Shown in pieces: positions 25,950 through 38,400 of a stretch of 64,000 nt of DNA. The stretch is from NCBI GenBank assembly GCA_028534125.1, contig CM052832.1, forward strand, positions 33,108,001 to 33,172,000, in the 5' to 3' direction. A program made the position numbers and the translations under genes. This stretch comes from Lama glama (Eukaryota). The stretch's first letter is position 1; each line of letters starts with the position of its first letter. The notes under the pieces are model-generated. The model saw nothing but the letters and a program-made list of their open reading frames with translations, was not told where the DNA came from and made no database searches.

Positions 25950-26600
25950 CTGCATGGGACCCTGGGCAGAGGCCGCGCCGGACCGGTCACCGCGCGGCCC
26001 GCTCGCTGACCCCCGGCTGCCCGCCTCCCGACGTCCAGGCTGAGGGCAGCGGCTGAGGGCAGCGGCGGGCCTGCGACCGCTTGGCCCCCACCGCCAGGGG
26101 GCAGGGCTCGGAGGAGGAGGAGTCGTCTCGGCCACACGCAGGGAGCGGGAGCCCGCGGAGACCCTCGCCCCGGGAGGGGTCCCCAGGCCCGGGCCCCGGC
26201 TGGCGCGGACACTCACCTCGGCCGGCGCACGCCCGGGGTGAGCAGCAGGACGTGGGCACGCCTCCGGGAGGACGCCGCGCGTCCACGCACGTTCTGGCCG
26301 CGCAGGCTGCGAACTCGCCGACACTGGCGGGCGGGCGGGCGCAGGGCGGCGGGCACGCTCTGCGGGGCTGGGCGCGGGGGCTCGGGCAGCGCGCACGCCC
26401 CGCCCCCGAGCGCCGCCTCGGCCCCGCCCCTAGGCGACCCTCACCAACTCCCCGCCCACGCCCCGCCCCCGACCTGTTCGGACCTCACCCCGCATTCGGC
26501 GCCCCGCCCCATGTCCCCTCCCCGACCTGTCCCCGCCCCTCGTGTCCAAGCAGGACCACGGGGCTCTGCGCCGAGGCCGCTGGGGTGAGCGCGATCAAAG
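25950..26600 (-). promoter_or_regulatory. NQO2: NQO2 CpG-island promoter and non-coding exon 1 (donor at 26217)
   Basis: CpG-rich; minus-strand donor CGAG|gtgagt at 26217/26216; multiple GC boxes (ccccgcccc) at ~26400-26540. Confidence 0.8.
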
Positions 26601-28364
26601 GGAATGAACTATTCATACACCCAGCAGCCTGTGCAAACGTCCAGAGTGGAGAACGCCAATTCCAGAGGCTCCCTACTGTACGATTCCGTTTGTGGAATAT
26701 TCTTGAAATGACAAATTCTAGAAACGGGGAACAGATTACTGGTTGCCAGGGTTTGGGGCTGGAGGGAGTGTGATTGTAAGTGCGCATGGGGGGACCCCGC
26801 GGTGATGGAAACGTTCAGTATCTGAAAGCATCAGTGACTCTCCTGGGGATGACGTTGTCCTGCAGTTTGGCCGGATGTTTTCCTTGGGGAAGCTGGATGG
26901 GGGCGCACGGGATGCACGGTCAAGGTCAAGGCTATCCCGCAGAAGGCAAGGGGTACTGAGCCAGAGCCTGCGGATGTGTCCGGGGAGGGGTGCTGGTGAG
27001 CTGTTCGGGCTAACTGTCTCTTTTTCTCTTTTTCCAGCAGTTTCTGGGTTGTACCACCTCATCTGGCAGCCCACCTACTGTTGTGACCCACAGTCTCCCC
27101 AGGTCTATGCCTGATTCCCGTGTCCTGGGATGGCCCCACGGAGCAGCAGGAAGGTTTCCCTCGCGTTCACGATGTAGTGAGAACCACCCCAGCTGCAGTT
27201 TGCACGCCAGAGCTGGGATGGTCTGCCTGCTGCTTTTCTCGGGTTCAGGAGTGAGGGCGTGGCCTCTCTGACATGCTCTCGTGCCAGCAGTGGACAGGCC
27301 ACCTTGTCTTGTGAGCCCGGGAGGTCGTTTTCATTTTAGAGTGACCTCTGTCAGAGGGAAAAGTGCTAACGGTATTTCCGAATGTACTAGAATGTCCTCA
27401 AAGATGAAATTTGGGTTTATTTTTCCCCCTTTCTTGTGAGACTCATTGCGATGATGCCCTCAGATTATTACAGAAAATAAATGAGTCAAATTGGGGCAGG
27501 TGGGTGCAGGCCCCCTGGAATAATTGAAGGTAGACTTCCTTACAGGGAGGGCAAGTGAGGCTACTGTCCAGTGGGAGGGGAGTGTTCGCGTCTTTGTGCA
27601 GCGAAGACGTAAGGAAAACAGCCAGACCCCCGGGGGGTGGACCCGCGGGAGGACCGGGGCACTGTGGAATACCCGCCTGGGAGCCGTCTAGCCCTTGGTG
27701 TGGGAGGGATGAGCTGAGCTCCAATGGAGGCCGGGATGCCGCGTCATCTCGGAAAACCGGCAGGCGCATGGAGGCCCGGCAGCTGCGCTGGGACCCTGCG
27801 TCTCTGCGATGCCACAGCACCGTCTTGTGGCCGCGAGGAGACATCGCAGACGGGTACCGAGCACGGTCTCCCTGGGGAAGGGAAGCTGGCCTGCGGTCAT
27901 TCTCGCGGCCTCCTCCACAGCGAAAGCGCCAGGGGTTGATTCAATAGGAGCCCATCCGAAAAAGGGAGATAACAGAACTTCCTGCCAAACTGGCACTGGG
28001 GGTTGAGCATTTACTGCAAACGAGTAAGTCGTAACCGTGTGTTTACCCTGAGTCTAACGAGGAAGCGGTGCTATTAAAACGAGCTCAATCGAGCTAGCAT
28101 CCACAGTGACCATCACCTCCAGGGGTTCCCAGAGTCCCGTTTTCACTTAACCCCGTGCTGTGAAGAAACGCAAGGGTGTCACGCGCATCTCAGTCTTCAG
28201 ATGTCGGCCACTGCTGCGGATCCTGGGACCCCTTTCTGGATCCCGCCAGCCGGACATCCTGCTGCTGCTACTTGTTCTTGCCCCTTAGAGCACACATCAC
28301 ATCGAATTTCATTTGTTTGCATGTATGTATTTTAAAAACCAGCTCAGTTCACTCTTTGCCCTGA

Positions 28365-29240
28365 ATAAGGAAAAACTGACTTCCTTCCTCCTGAGTTTCT
28401 CCTGCGCGTCTCCTTTACTCCTCAGACACTTCACTTCTGACCACCTGGTCACCAAATGTGTGGGATGTGGGAGGTCTTCCCACACCAAGCAATTCTCCAG
28501 CACACCAGCAGGGCGTCCTGCAGTAACTCAATGCTAACACTCTGCTCCTGGAGACAGCCCCACAAGGCTGCTCCCTTGTCCGACAGATGCCAGTCCCCAG
28601 TCCTTAGGTTACCCACAACTTCTGTCTGACTTGGCTACAAATCAGATGTCCCCACGAACCCTCCTCAGGTGTGATCAATCTGCTAGAGCAGCTCCCAGAA
28701 CCCAGGGAAACACTCACGTTTACCAGTTCACTAAAGGATGTGGTTAAAGACACAGATGGAAGGATACTTGGGTGAGGTCTGGGAAGGTCCTGCGTGCATG
28801 GAGCTGGGGTGTGTCACCCTCCCCTTGTGGATGTGTTCACCCCCCCGAAACTCTCCAAACCGCGTACTGTTGGGACTTTATGGAGCTTCCTCACATGGGC
28901 ATGATCAGTTATTAATTCCATTTTTCAGCCCCTCTCCCTTCTCAAGGGAAGGGGGTGGGGCTGAAGAGTCCAAGCTGCTGATCACGGCTGGGTTTTCCCG
29001 GTGACCAGCCCTCACCCAGGAGCCACCCCAAGTCACTTCATTAGAACAAAGGACACTCCTGTCCCCCAGGAAATTACAAGAGTTTCAGGAGTCCTGTGTC
29101 AGGAGCCAGGGTGAAAGACCAAACATGAGACAAAGCTGCCCCCGGGGTTCTTACCACTCCGGAGCTGCAGGGGTTCCAGGAGGCCTGTGCCAGCAGCCAG
29201 CGGCCAAGACCAGTTTACATTTTCCCGTTATCTCACGATG
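28365..29240. mobile_element. LTR element, MER21-like
   Basis: cacttctgaccacc...accaaatgtgtggg...caccaagcaattctccag... matches the recalled MER21-type LTR structure. Confidence 0.6.
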
Positions 29241-29649
29241 TCTTCCTGGCATCTTCAGAAGAGGAACTGTGTCTCCATCATCGTATCACCAGACCTTAGT
29301 GTGGCTCCTGGCCTACAGTAGGTGCTCGATAAAAGTTTGTGGTATGAATGAAATAATTCATTCCACCAGCTGGTGCGTCACGGTCGCCACTTCATGAATG
29401 CTCAGTGGTTCATGAAATAAAGTTATTAAAGCTGTTGTGCAAACATCAAGTTAGCCGAAGTTAACGCTGTGGATGACCCAGGGACTTTGCCCATCGTGTT
29501 GCCTAGATAACCCACAGGATGAGCACTCCCTGGGCCTGGCGCAGGTGGAGGTGGGGCGGACCTGGAAGTGTGTGCCGAAGGTGGGAGGTGGGGAGGGGAG
29601 GGTAAGGCGGCGGAGGGACCGGGTGTGGAGCCCCTCCCCCAACCCCGCC

Positions 29650-30150
29650 ATGTCCAGGGGCTAAGCGAACACTCACCTTCCCTTTGAGGGGCTCAGGTTC
29701 TCTGTCTCTGGTGGATGGGCGCCTAGAACGGGCTGGAACTTCTTGCTTTCGCTTAAAAACAAGGAAAGTGTTCTGACCACTCTCCCCAAGCAGGAACAAT
29801 GAAAACGTATATCTCATGTCCCTTTTTCCTTTTGTTCTGTGGTATCTGTAAAAATTAATACGCGAACTCAGTTGAATAGGTTTGGGAGACCAGCAGGGGG
29901 AGCTCTCACCCCTGTGATGACAGCGGAACCCAACAGAAGAAAGATTCTTCTTTCCCACAAGGACTCGGCCAGTGGAAAGCCAGGGACTGTCTGCTAAGCC
30001 AGCTCACGTCCTGTCCCGTCTATAAAAGCTTCTCCTTCCCTGCAGGACGGGAACTTGCCTGTGACTCCCAGTGGTTGAGATTCTCTGCTGATCCTGAATA
30101 AACCATCTTTGCTGGAGGATGCCTGGTGGTTCTTTTGCTTCAGATAAACA
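29650..30150 (+). mobile_element. ERV1-type solo LTR fragment
   Basis: TATA-like tataaaagc at ~30021 followed by aataaa at ~30097, the typical U3-R arrangement. Confidence 0.5.
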
Positions 30151-30675
30151 TATCCAAGACTGCATTTTGGAATCAACCCTCCCGCCCTTTGTGGGAAATC
30201 CAGGGTGTTTTCAAGGGTGTCCCACTGCCCAGACACTGAGCAGCACTAACCCTCCTGGGCCTCCAAGGCCACCGCCCTGTGAACGTTCCAGTCCAGTTCC
30301 CGCCGCTAGAGGGCTGCTGCTCCCGGCTGCACGCCTGGCTGAGGTGGGCTTGCACGGCAGAGCCTGCTCACCACCGTGTTCCTTTGCTTGCTTGTTTAGT
30401 TTTAGTGCTGCGGGGCCCCATCAGAGCTGCTCTGGTCAAGGCATTAGGTCGCTCTAACTCAACATCTGAGGAGGCAGTTCTGTGAGCTCCTCATGCAAAC
30501 CCATCCAGTTCCCTTCAGCAAGGCCTGGAACCTTGGAGCAGAGCTGCCCAGAGCCAGCTGCCCCCCTGGTGCACCCCTATCCCAGATGAGTTCTGGTCAT
30601 TTTGCTCTTCACTGAATTTTGAAATGGATCACCCAAAGGATTCCAGACAAGATGAGAAAATGAGCTTCCCTAGAT

Positions 30676-30730
30676 GAGAAGAAAGAAAGAAAGAAAGGAA
30701 AGGGAGAGAGAGAGAGAGAGAGAGAGAGAA
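30676..30730. repeat. (GAAA)n(GA)n microsatellite
   Basis: Seen directly. Confidence 0.9.
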
Positions 30731-33349
30731 ACTTCTATTCAGTTATTTAGCTATTTCTTGAAATCTTATAATCAGGAAACATTTAAAAAATCTCCAGAGT
30801 AACAAGATTCTGTTAATTTAACTCGGATTTTAAATGAGAGTGTAACTGCAAAATAATGAACTGAGTAAAATAACTGAAAAAAGTAAAATAACTGAAACCC
30901 AAATTCTGAAGAACACCTTCCAGGATTTAGGTGATTCACAGCTTACATGAACCGCCCCTGAGTCTCTCAGTGCCTCTGCCCATGGGCACCCGTCTTTCAG
31001 GTGCTGGGTTACCGTGTGCGGCTGGAATAAAACACAAATTCCTCAGAATGGCCTCAGGGCCCTTTGCAGTCCAGCCCGCTTGACCAGCTCAAGCCTGCTC
31101 GGCCCCTCCCCCGCCCCCCAGCCCACCCCCCACCTGCCCTCAGAGCCCCCACCTGCGAGCCCTTCACACGCTGGGACTCTGCCTAGTTCTTCCTCCCCTC
31201 TCCACCCGGAAGACCACTCCTCCCTGCAGACCCAGGTCAGCTGACACCCCTGTGGGTCATCCCGCTGTGCAGCCAGCTCCGTCTTGCCCCCATCGTGCTG
31301 CGTACGCCCATCAGAGCCACCACCCACTACACGGAAACACTTTCTCTTTCTGTCCATCTGAATGGCTAGGAGAGAATGGATCACGTTTCATTCAATTTAC
31401 TTCTCAACTTCTTTGGGAACTGATACTATACTCAGGACAGTAATTGTCTAATAAATGGGGTTTGGGGTTTTCCAGCTCTGCTATCTAGCGGGGCTTCAAG
31501 GGTATGAAGATGTCGGGGGAGGGTTTATGAAGTCCAAGCACCTGGATGTGAAAGGTGGTTACGCGTTTAAAAAAAAAAAGGAAGTCACTTTGTCTCATTT
31601 TAAAAAGTGGGGGACAAAACTATCAATAGGGCAGGAGACAAAGCCTGGTTTCATCTCTCATCCTTCACCCTCAGAGCGGATTATCTTAATTGTGGGCGTG
31701 GAAGTGGTAAACCCATGATGGATCGTCCCAAGAACTCCAGCAGGATGGGGTAGAAAGGTCTTTGTGTTTTGTGAGTCAGTCAGTCCACGCCATACTGAAA
31801 AATGCACATGGAACACAATCGTGCTAATGGCACAAAAGTCACAGTGAGAGGCCCACAGTGAGGCGGAAGCAGCCGTCTGTTCCTTTTGTGCTGGAGCTGA
31901 AGCGTCAGCAGAGCAGAACGCACTCACCCAGGCAGCTGGTCGGCTGCTGCTCTTGGGCCTGGTGGGGGCGGGGGACTCCAACAGCAAAGCCGCCTTGTGA
32001 TGAGGGAGATGGTGTGGGCTGCAGTGCGCTTTTTAAATGTGTTTTTGCCAAAATATTATTTTCATCATTTGAAAGAAGGATTATTTTCAAAGATAAAATA
32101 CAGTGACAGAAAATATTTACTTGTAACAGTCCCAAATTCATAAATTAAAAACAGCTGTGTAGAACCCATGGTCAAGATCTTTTGTTCGCTCTGTGTCCAA
32201 GTTACTGACTGTAAACACCTAAAAGGCTCTGTTTACTTTTATTTTACATCGAGTGCTGAAGTCCTTTGAAGCTGAAATCGAAACAATTCCCCGTTCAAGG
32301 ATGTCTGGCGAAAGAAAATGCCATCCTATTGCTGAGTGAGGGCCAGGGTTCTGTCCGGGTTAGCAGCAGGGATCAATTAGCTGCGATCAGAAAGAAAAAG
32401 ACATTCTTGGGAGTGACTTTTGGTTGACATCATTGCTATATTGAAGCAAATTTTCTAAGCATCAGACACTAGTGAATCACCAAGCCGTACTGCGCCACAG
32501 CTGTGTGTGTCCTTCTGCAAACGGCCTGAGGCACTCCTCACCCACCAGTGACCCCTCCGGCTCAGCTTCCAAGACAACCGTCCTGGGTCATCCTGTGAGT
32601 GAAGGGCCAAACACTGAGAAGCCTTGAGGTAAATGAAGATGCAGGTAAAACCCAGGATTTCATTGGTTCATCCCGCTTGCCTTTCCTGCTCTGTGACCTG
32701 TGGTCCACAGGGAGGGACCCTCTCCATCAGGGAATGAATGCCAGTGGTATAGCTAGTGAAGGAGCTTAGGAATGAGGAAGAGAAGATAAAAAATAAAGGA
32801 GAGCTCCGAGTGACTGGGAAATGATAACCTTTAGATCCTCAGTCATGAGGCCCTGGAGGCTGACTGGCCAGAGGTCTTTATTGAAGAGACCAGCAGCCTC
32901 TGCCCGCTGTGAGCCCGGGGCTGGGGGGCGGGGTGCTGGAAGCACGTCTAGCACCACCACACCGGGCTGGGGCTGCATGCTGGCCTGGAGACAACAGAAA
33001 CCCCAGGCCTTCGTGGTCAGGTACCTCTTCAGCTGAGCACTCACATCGTTTCTTTCTAAGTATCTGACTACTTTTCGTTTTGATTCTGTTCTTCATCATG
33101 AGCCTGTCAGGATATTAAGTTATGAAAATGCGGTAAATATACACTCAAGTCTACGCTAAGAGAAATCTTTCTCGGAGGATTCTGAGCCCAGAACTGTTAG
33201 CCTGCATAACTTGGAAGCAGCTCTCTAGCCTAATTTGAATCCAGGCAGGATGACAGAGAACACTGGCCTACAGACCCTCTGCCTAGGCCCCCTGCCAAGT
33301 GAAGCTGCTGGAAAAAGCAGACGCGCTGAGGAAGGACTTGTTCTCGCCC

Positions 33350-33436
33350 CCTTTTCTTCAGTGGCGGTGCTGCGGGGTGAGCCGAGCAGCCCGTGCACGC
33401 TAAGCGCGTGCTCCGCCCCGAGCTGCACCCGCCCCC
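33350..33436 (-). mobile_element. Highly GC-shifted copy of the tRNA-Ala SINE
   Basis: ggcggtgctgcggggtgagccgagcagcccgtgcacgctaagcgcgtgctccgccccgagctgcacccgccccc aligns colinearly to the other SINE copies. Confidence 0.75.
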
Positions 33437-33944
33437 GGAACGGCCTGCTCCTTGTGGAGCCATGCTGGCTTCCTGTACGCACCCTCTCATTTCGCAGGTA
33501 TTGAAGCACTAAAATGTAGGCAGGCTGAGGAACTTACTCTATCGGAGGTATCAGCCAACGCACTCAAACAAGAGAAAACGTGAGAGACATGAAAACTGGA
33601 GGAAGAAACACAGCTATCTCTATCTGCAGGTGTCATAATACAGCTGTAGGACACAAGGACCCAAAAGACTCAGTGAAAGAAAACTGACATGAATAGTAAG
33701 AAAACTCAGTGAGGTAGCAAGGGATAAAGTTAACACATGGAAACAATCCTCTCATACAACAGGAGCCGCTGGAAAACGTAAGGGGAGAGAAATGCTTCTG
33801 CATAAAATCAACAGAAAAATAAAATAACTAGGAATAAGCTAAACAAGAAATGTGCACGTCCTCTATGAAGGAAACTTTAAAACACTCCTGAAAAAGAAAA
33901 ACAAGTATTTGGGCAAACAGGAAGATCCAGAATGTTCCTGGCTA

Positions 33945-34597
33945 TGTAGGGGAGGGTAAAACTTACCTTCTCCCCTTCTGGGTTCTTTTTGCTCGTCTCA
34001 TAATTGAACTGACATACGACAGAGTAAGACAAGAAGAACAAACTTAGCTTCTGTTTGTTTGTTGTTGTTGGTGGTGGTGGTGGGGTGGTTTGTTTTGTTC
34101 TGTGGGGGAGGAGGTAATCAGGTTTATCTACTTACTTTTAAATGGCAGTACTGGGGATTAAACCCAGGACCTTGTGTGCTAAGCATGTACTTGACCACTC
34201 AGCCAAGCCCTCCCCACTAAATTTAGCTTTTTATGTATGTGAGTCCATGAAAATATACGACCCAAAGGCAGCCAGGCAACTGAGACTTACCTGCCTCCCT
34301 GAGCCGAGGGCTCAGGATGGAGCTGGGGCTTCCAAGGGGGGAGGGCCTTTTGCAGGAAGATAAGAGCAGGGGTTTGGTAATCAGATGTCTGTCCTGCCCT
34401 GCAGGTAAGTCTCAGGTAAAAAGTTATCTCTGTTTATAGCTCTCTTTCTGGGCCAGGCCCCCTATCTAAATTCTTTTAGGCAGTTAAGGGAGAGGTAAAG
34501 GTTTTCCAGAGTCTGCTGGGTCTTGGCTGCCTTCTGCTCAAAGAAATTCACACACCAAAGGGGCTCACTTTGGGGTGGCCTGTCCTGCTTTCCTCCA
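33945..34597. mobile_element. Solo ERV LTR (TG...CA) inserted in L1
   Basis: Starts tgtagggggaggg and ends tttggggtggcc...cctcca; appears related to the LTR at 44714-45180. Confidence 0.65.
34050..34216 (-). mobile_element. tRNA-Ala-derived SINE nested in the LTR
   Basis: ggaggtaatcaggttt...ctggggattaaacccaggacc...ccctccccc with a (gtt/ggt)n tail. Confidence 0.8.
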
Positions 34598-35674
34598 GGC
34601 GGGACAACTGAATCAGTAAACGACATTAATTTACCGCGAGGTAAATTCAGTATGACTCTAACAAATACACCAACACTTTCTTTTTCTTTTTTTTTAGAGT
34701 TAGACAAGCTGACTCTCAAGTTTACCTGGGAAAATAAAGAAGCAAGGACAGCCAGGAAAATCCTGAAACAGAGGAGTGATGAGGGGGACTGGCCCCATCA
34801 GGTAGTAAACCATATCATGGAAGCTCTGTGGTTGAAAGAGTGATCAGTGGGGCTAAATATAGTGTCCAGAGACAGACCCCAGGGCATGCAGCTACTCGGT
34901 ATGTAATAAAAGTGCCTGTCAAATCGTCAGAGAAAATTACAGACTTTTTAACAAAAGGAGCTGGAACAGCTGGAAAGCCATCTGAAAGAGTTAAAATTGG
35001 ATCTACATTTCTCGAACAGCAGGGTAAACTCTAACTGGATCAGCAGTCTAAATGTAAAAAGTAAAGCCATACAAATACTGGAAGAAAACACTGGTGAACT
35101 GTATAATTCAGAGAAAGGCCTTCTAACTATGATGCAAAAATCTATCAGTCATGAAGGAAAAATCGTTCAATTTGACTACATAAAAAAATGTGTGCCAGAA
35201 GCACCAGAAGCAGTCCCAGAAAATGTCAGATGAGAAGCTGGGGGAAACTATTTGTGCCATAGCTCATAAAGGACTAATTATGCTAATATATACAGAGCAC
35301 GTAAGAACCGAAAAGAAAGACCAAGCGATTTTTACAATGAACAGAAGTCATGAACAGTTCACAGGATGGGGGGAATAAAACAGGAAGAGGCAATGGCTTT
35401 TAAACCTAAGAAAAGATGTTCAAACTTACTCATGATAAAGCAAATGCTAATTAGGGTACGGGAGACAGTGTTTCTCACCTGTCACCTGGTAAAAATCCGA
35501 AGAAGACGGCCAAGCAAGGCTGTCAGCGCAGCTGCGAAGCGGCCCTCGGGCACAGTGGGGGAGGGGGCCAAACGGCTCCACTCCTGAGAAGTACAGCACC
35601 CAAAGTACATCTGTATTTACCTTCTGATCTAGCAACCCTGCTTCTAAGAATCATAGAAAACAATCATCACACCA

Positions 35675-35865
35675 AGCTCTTGCTACCGAAAGTGTGTCTG
35701 TGGGCCAGCAGCCTCAGCTTCCCGGGCGCTTGTTAGAAACGCAGGCTCTCAGGGGCTGCTGAATCGGAATCTGCATTCTGACACCAGCATCTCGTGACTA
35801 GCAACATTCTGACAGCGACCTCAGGTCGCTGGCATGCGCATTAAACTCTGAGAAGCCCAGCACTG
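35675..35865. mobile_element. MER5A-like hAT MITE
   Basis: ccagcagcctcagc...cttgttagaaacgcag...ctgaatcggaatctgcattc...tctgagaagc. Confidence 0.7.
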
Positions 35866-36179
35866 GGCTGTTTATGACAGCGCTGTTTGTAATTAGTTAA
35901 GATCGGAAACAACCCAAATGGTTGCCATCAGTGGCAGTCAGTGGAACATGGAGCAGCCAGAGAAAGAACAAGGATGATTTCTGTGTGCCAGATTAAAGAA
36001 ATCTCCAAAATTTAGTGTTAGGTGGAAAAAAGAAAGTAGCAGAACTATCAATAGACAGTAGATGGACAGATTGATTGAATGCTGCTCTTTTGGTAAAAAC
36101 AGAGTTGAAATTAGAATGAATACACATAAAATATACAAAAATATATAAGATATACGTTAACATAAAATATATGTAATAT

Positions 36180-36181
36180 CA

Positions 36182-36212
<31 letters not shown>

Positions 36213-36213
36213 C
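36180..36213. repeat. (CA)n microsatellite
   Basis: Seen directly. Confidence 0.9.
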
Positions 36214-36627
36214 TGAAGCAACAATCAAACCAAAAGAGTTTACTGGGGATCAAAGGATTTGCAATTTGGGGCACACAGATTTGGGTGGCAACCCAGCATC
36301 CCACTAGGGAGTAAGAGAGGCCAGGGGCTGGAAAGGCAGGAGGCAGGGCTGCCGTACAGAGGATTATAACTGGAGCTGGAGGCAGGAGCTAGTCTTGGCT
36401 GAACGTGATTGATCGCCAAGGCCATCACTAGAGGGAGGGGAAAGTCCGTTACTGTGGCAAGTTGCAGGTGTTTTTGCAAAGTCCTTGACATATTTGCGGT
36501 TTGGCCCAGTTCAAAAGTTAGTGGTTCCACCTGGTGAGGAAGTGCATAAGGTCCATCTCTCTAATGGCTTTCCAGCTCCATTTTAAAGCCCCTTGACATA
36601 AGTGACTCAATTTTATTTCTCACTTCA
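36214..36627. mobile_element. Solo LTR (TG...CA)
   Basis: tgaagcaac...ccttgacataagtgactcaattttatttctcacttca; LTR-like termini and content. Confidence 0.55.
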
Positions 36628-36757
36628 TAGTATATTCATGTTGCTTACTTCTGCAAAAAGATAAGCAGCAATGATAAAGCTGAGCTAATCAAACTGAGGT
36701 GAAAAGGACTGGAGAGGACAAGGGTGGAAGGGAGAAATCCCCAAGCATTCCTCCATG

Positions 36758-37514
36758 TGTCCCTACTCCAAAAATAAAGTCAAAGAAGCCACACCTTGGG
36801 GAGGAGGGATGGCGGGCTCTGCTGCTGGCACCAACTGAGTGGGGAGAGGGGCCAGGCCAGCCCTCCTACAACAAAGAATTACCTGGCTCAGAGGTCACAG
36901 GTGTAGATGCAAAGAACCCCTGGCTTACAGTAAGGACAGAGGAGGCACTAAACAATTTGAGGTTTCTGAAATTGAACTTGGTATTTTTAATACAAAGCTA
37001 GCATTTCCCTGCCAACTAAAAATTGGCACTTGCCACCTGCTTCTACAAGGACTGGATCCCATTGGCACTTGCCGGCTACCTCTGCTTGGATTAAATCATG
37101 AGCCACTGCAGCCACTGACCTTCCAACACTCCCTGAAAGGAGTTCAGGGTGGAGATAGGAACGAAGCGCTCTGTGCTCTGAGAAAACTGGCAGCACAGGC
37201 CTTCAGATAGGCAGTTTTGGGAGAAGACTTTATGAGCCCAGATTCTTGCGTCTCTTCATATCTAGAAAAGCACTGAAACTGTTAACAGTGACACCAGCAT
37301 CTCGTGACTAGCAACAAGCCTCTGCCTGAACCGTGCTTGACTGAACGTAACCCCCGCCCTCCCTAAAATCAGACACACTGCTGAGCTCCCCTCGCGTCTT
37401 CCCAGCAGCTCCTCAGAGCTACCTGAAAGGCTACCCTGGGCTATCGTCCTCATTTTGCCTCAAGCAAGACTTAGCTCACAACTCTCACGTTGCCTGATTT
37501 TATTTCAGTCCACA
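36758..37514 (+). mobile_element. Solo ERV LTR just upstream of the SERPINB6 CpG island
   Basis: Starts tgtccctact and ends ctcacaactctcacgttg...tttcagtccaca; the 3' end is a reverse-complement homologue of 60931-61060. Confidence 0.65.
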
Positions 37515-37539
37515 CTCCCACTCCAGCCCCTGAGCCTTT

Positions 37540-38400
37540 CCGTTCTCGCAGACTGCTGGGAGGCGGCAGGCCGGGATTTCGCAGCATTTGTATGATTTAT
37601 CGGACCGGAGCCGCATTCGCAGGGGCGCGAAGCGGCCTGGCTCTCTGCATTTTACAAGTCTGTTCTGCGCTGTGCCACTTAAGCCAGGTGCCAGGGGTGG
37701 CACTTTTCTGGACCTAAGAGTCACAGAGTCACAGTAACATGCTGCTCACCCCACTGAGAGGCTCCGAAGGGCCAGGCCTTCCTCCCATCCACGCCCCTGT
37801 TGGCCCAGTGGGGCCGGTCACCGCACTAGGACCGGAAAGGAGGCGGCGCGCGGGGTTCACCGGGCGCACGCACTGCTCCTCCCCAACCCCGCCCGGGCCC
37901 GCCCGCCTCCCCGCCGCGGTATTTGAGGCCCCTGGGCCCCGCCGTTGCTCCGTCGCCGCCCAGCCCGCTCTGGCCGCGCGCTCGGGTACGTGTCGGGGCG
38001 CCGGGGCCGCGGGGTCGGGCCTGCGCGCGGGGCGGGGAGGCGGGGAGAGCGGCCGGCCCGGCTTCCCTGTCGGCTGCGGCGGCCGCGGCAAGCGTGACGA
38101 CGCGGTGAGTGTGCGCGGCCGGCGCCCGGGACGCGGAGGCCCCTCGGACCCGCCCGCGCCCGCATGGGGCCGGCGCCCAGCCTCCCGGGGTGCTGCGCCG
38201 GGCCCCGCGAGCGCAGGTGACCCCGCGGGCGCGCGCCGGGCGTTAGGAAGCCGGGGTTGGGACTGGAGGCCGGAGGGAAGGCCGGGTCAGTGCCTGGCGG
38301 ACCCTGCAGCCCAGCCCTCTTTACGGCACAGCGGGTGTGGCCTGCGCTTGGGAACGTTCCAGGCCCGCGAAGATAACCGTGAGGACCGTCCAGATCTGGT
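37540..38400 (+). promoter_or_regulatory. SERPINB6: SERPINB6 CpG-island promoter / non-coding first exon(s)
   Basis: CpG-rich with GC boxes; plus-strand donors CGG|gtacgt (37985) and GCG|gtgagt (38104); nearest island upstream of the ATG exon. Confidence 0.75.

Larger units (their letters stand above)
33520..36170 (+). mobile_element. Old L1 (ORF2 3' part and 3'UTR) interrupted by an LTR, a SINE and MER5A
   Basis: L1 ORF2-like translation LELDKLTLKFTWENKEARTARKILKQ at ~34695-34770; L1 text resumes across the LTR. Confidence 0.75.

Noticed and set aside
26081-26773. 230-aa ORF antisense to NQO2 exon 1, and 253-aa ORF at 37739-38500
   Set aside because: CpG-island ORFs of low-complexity composition with no homology I can recognise.
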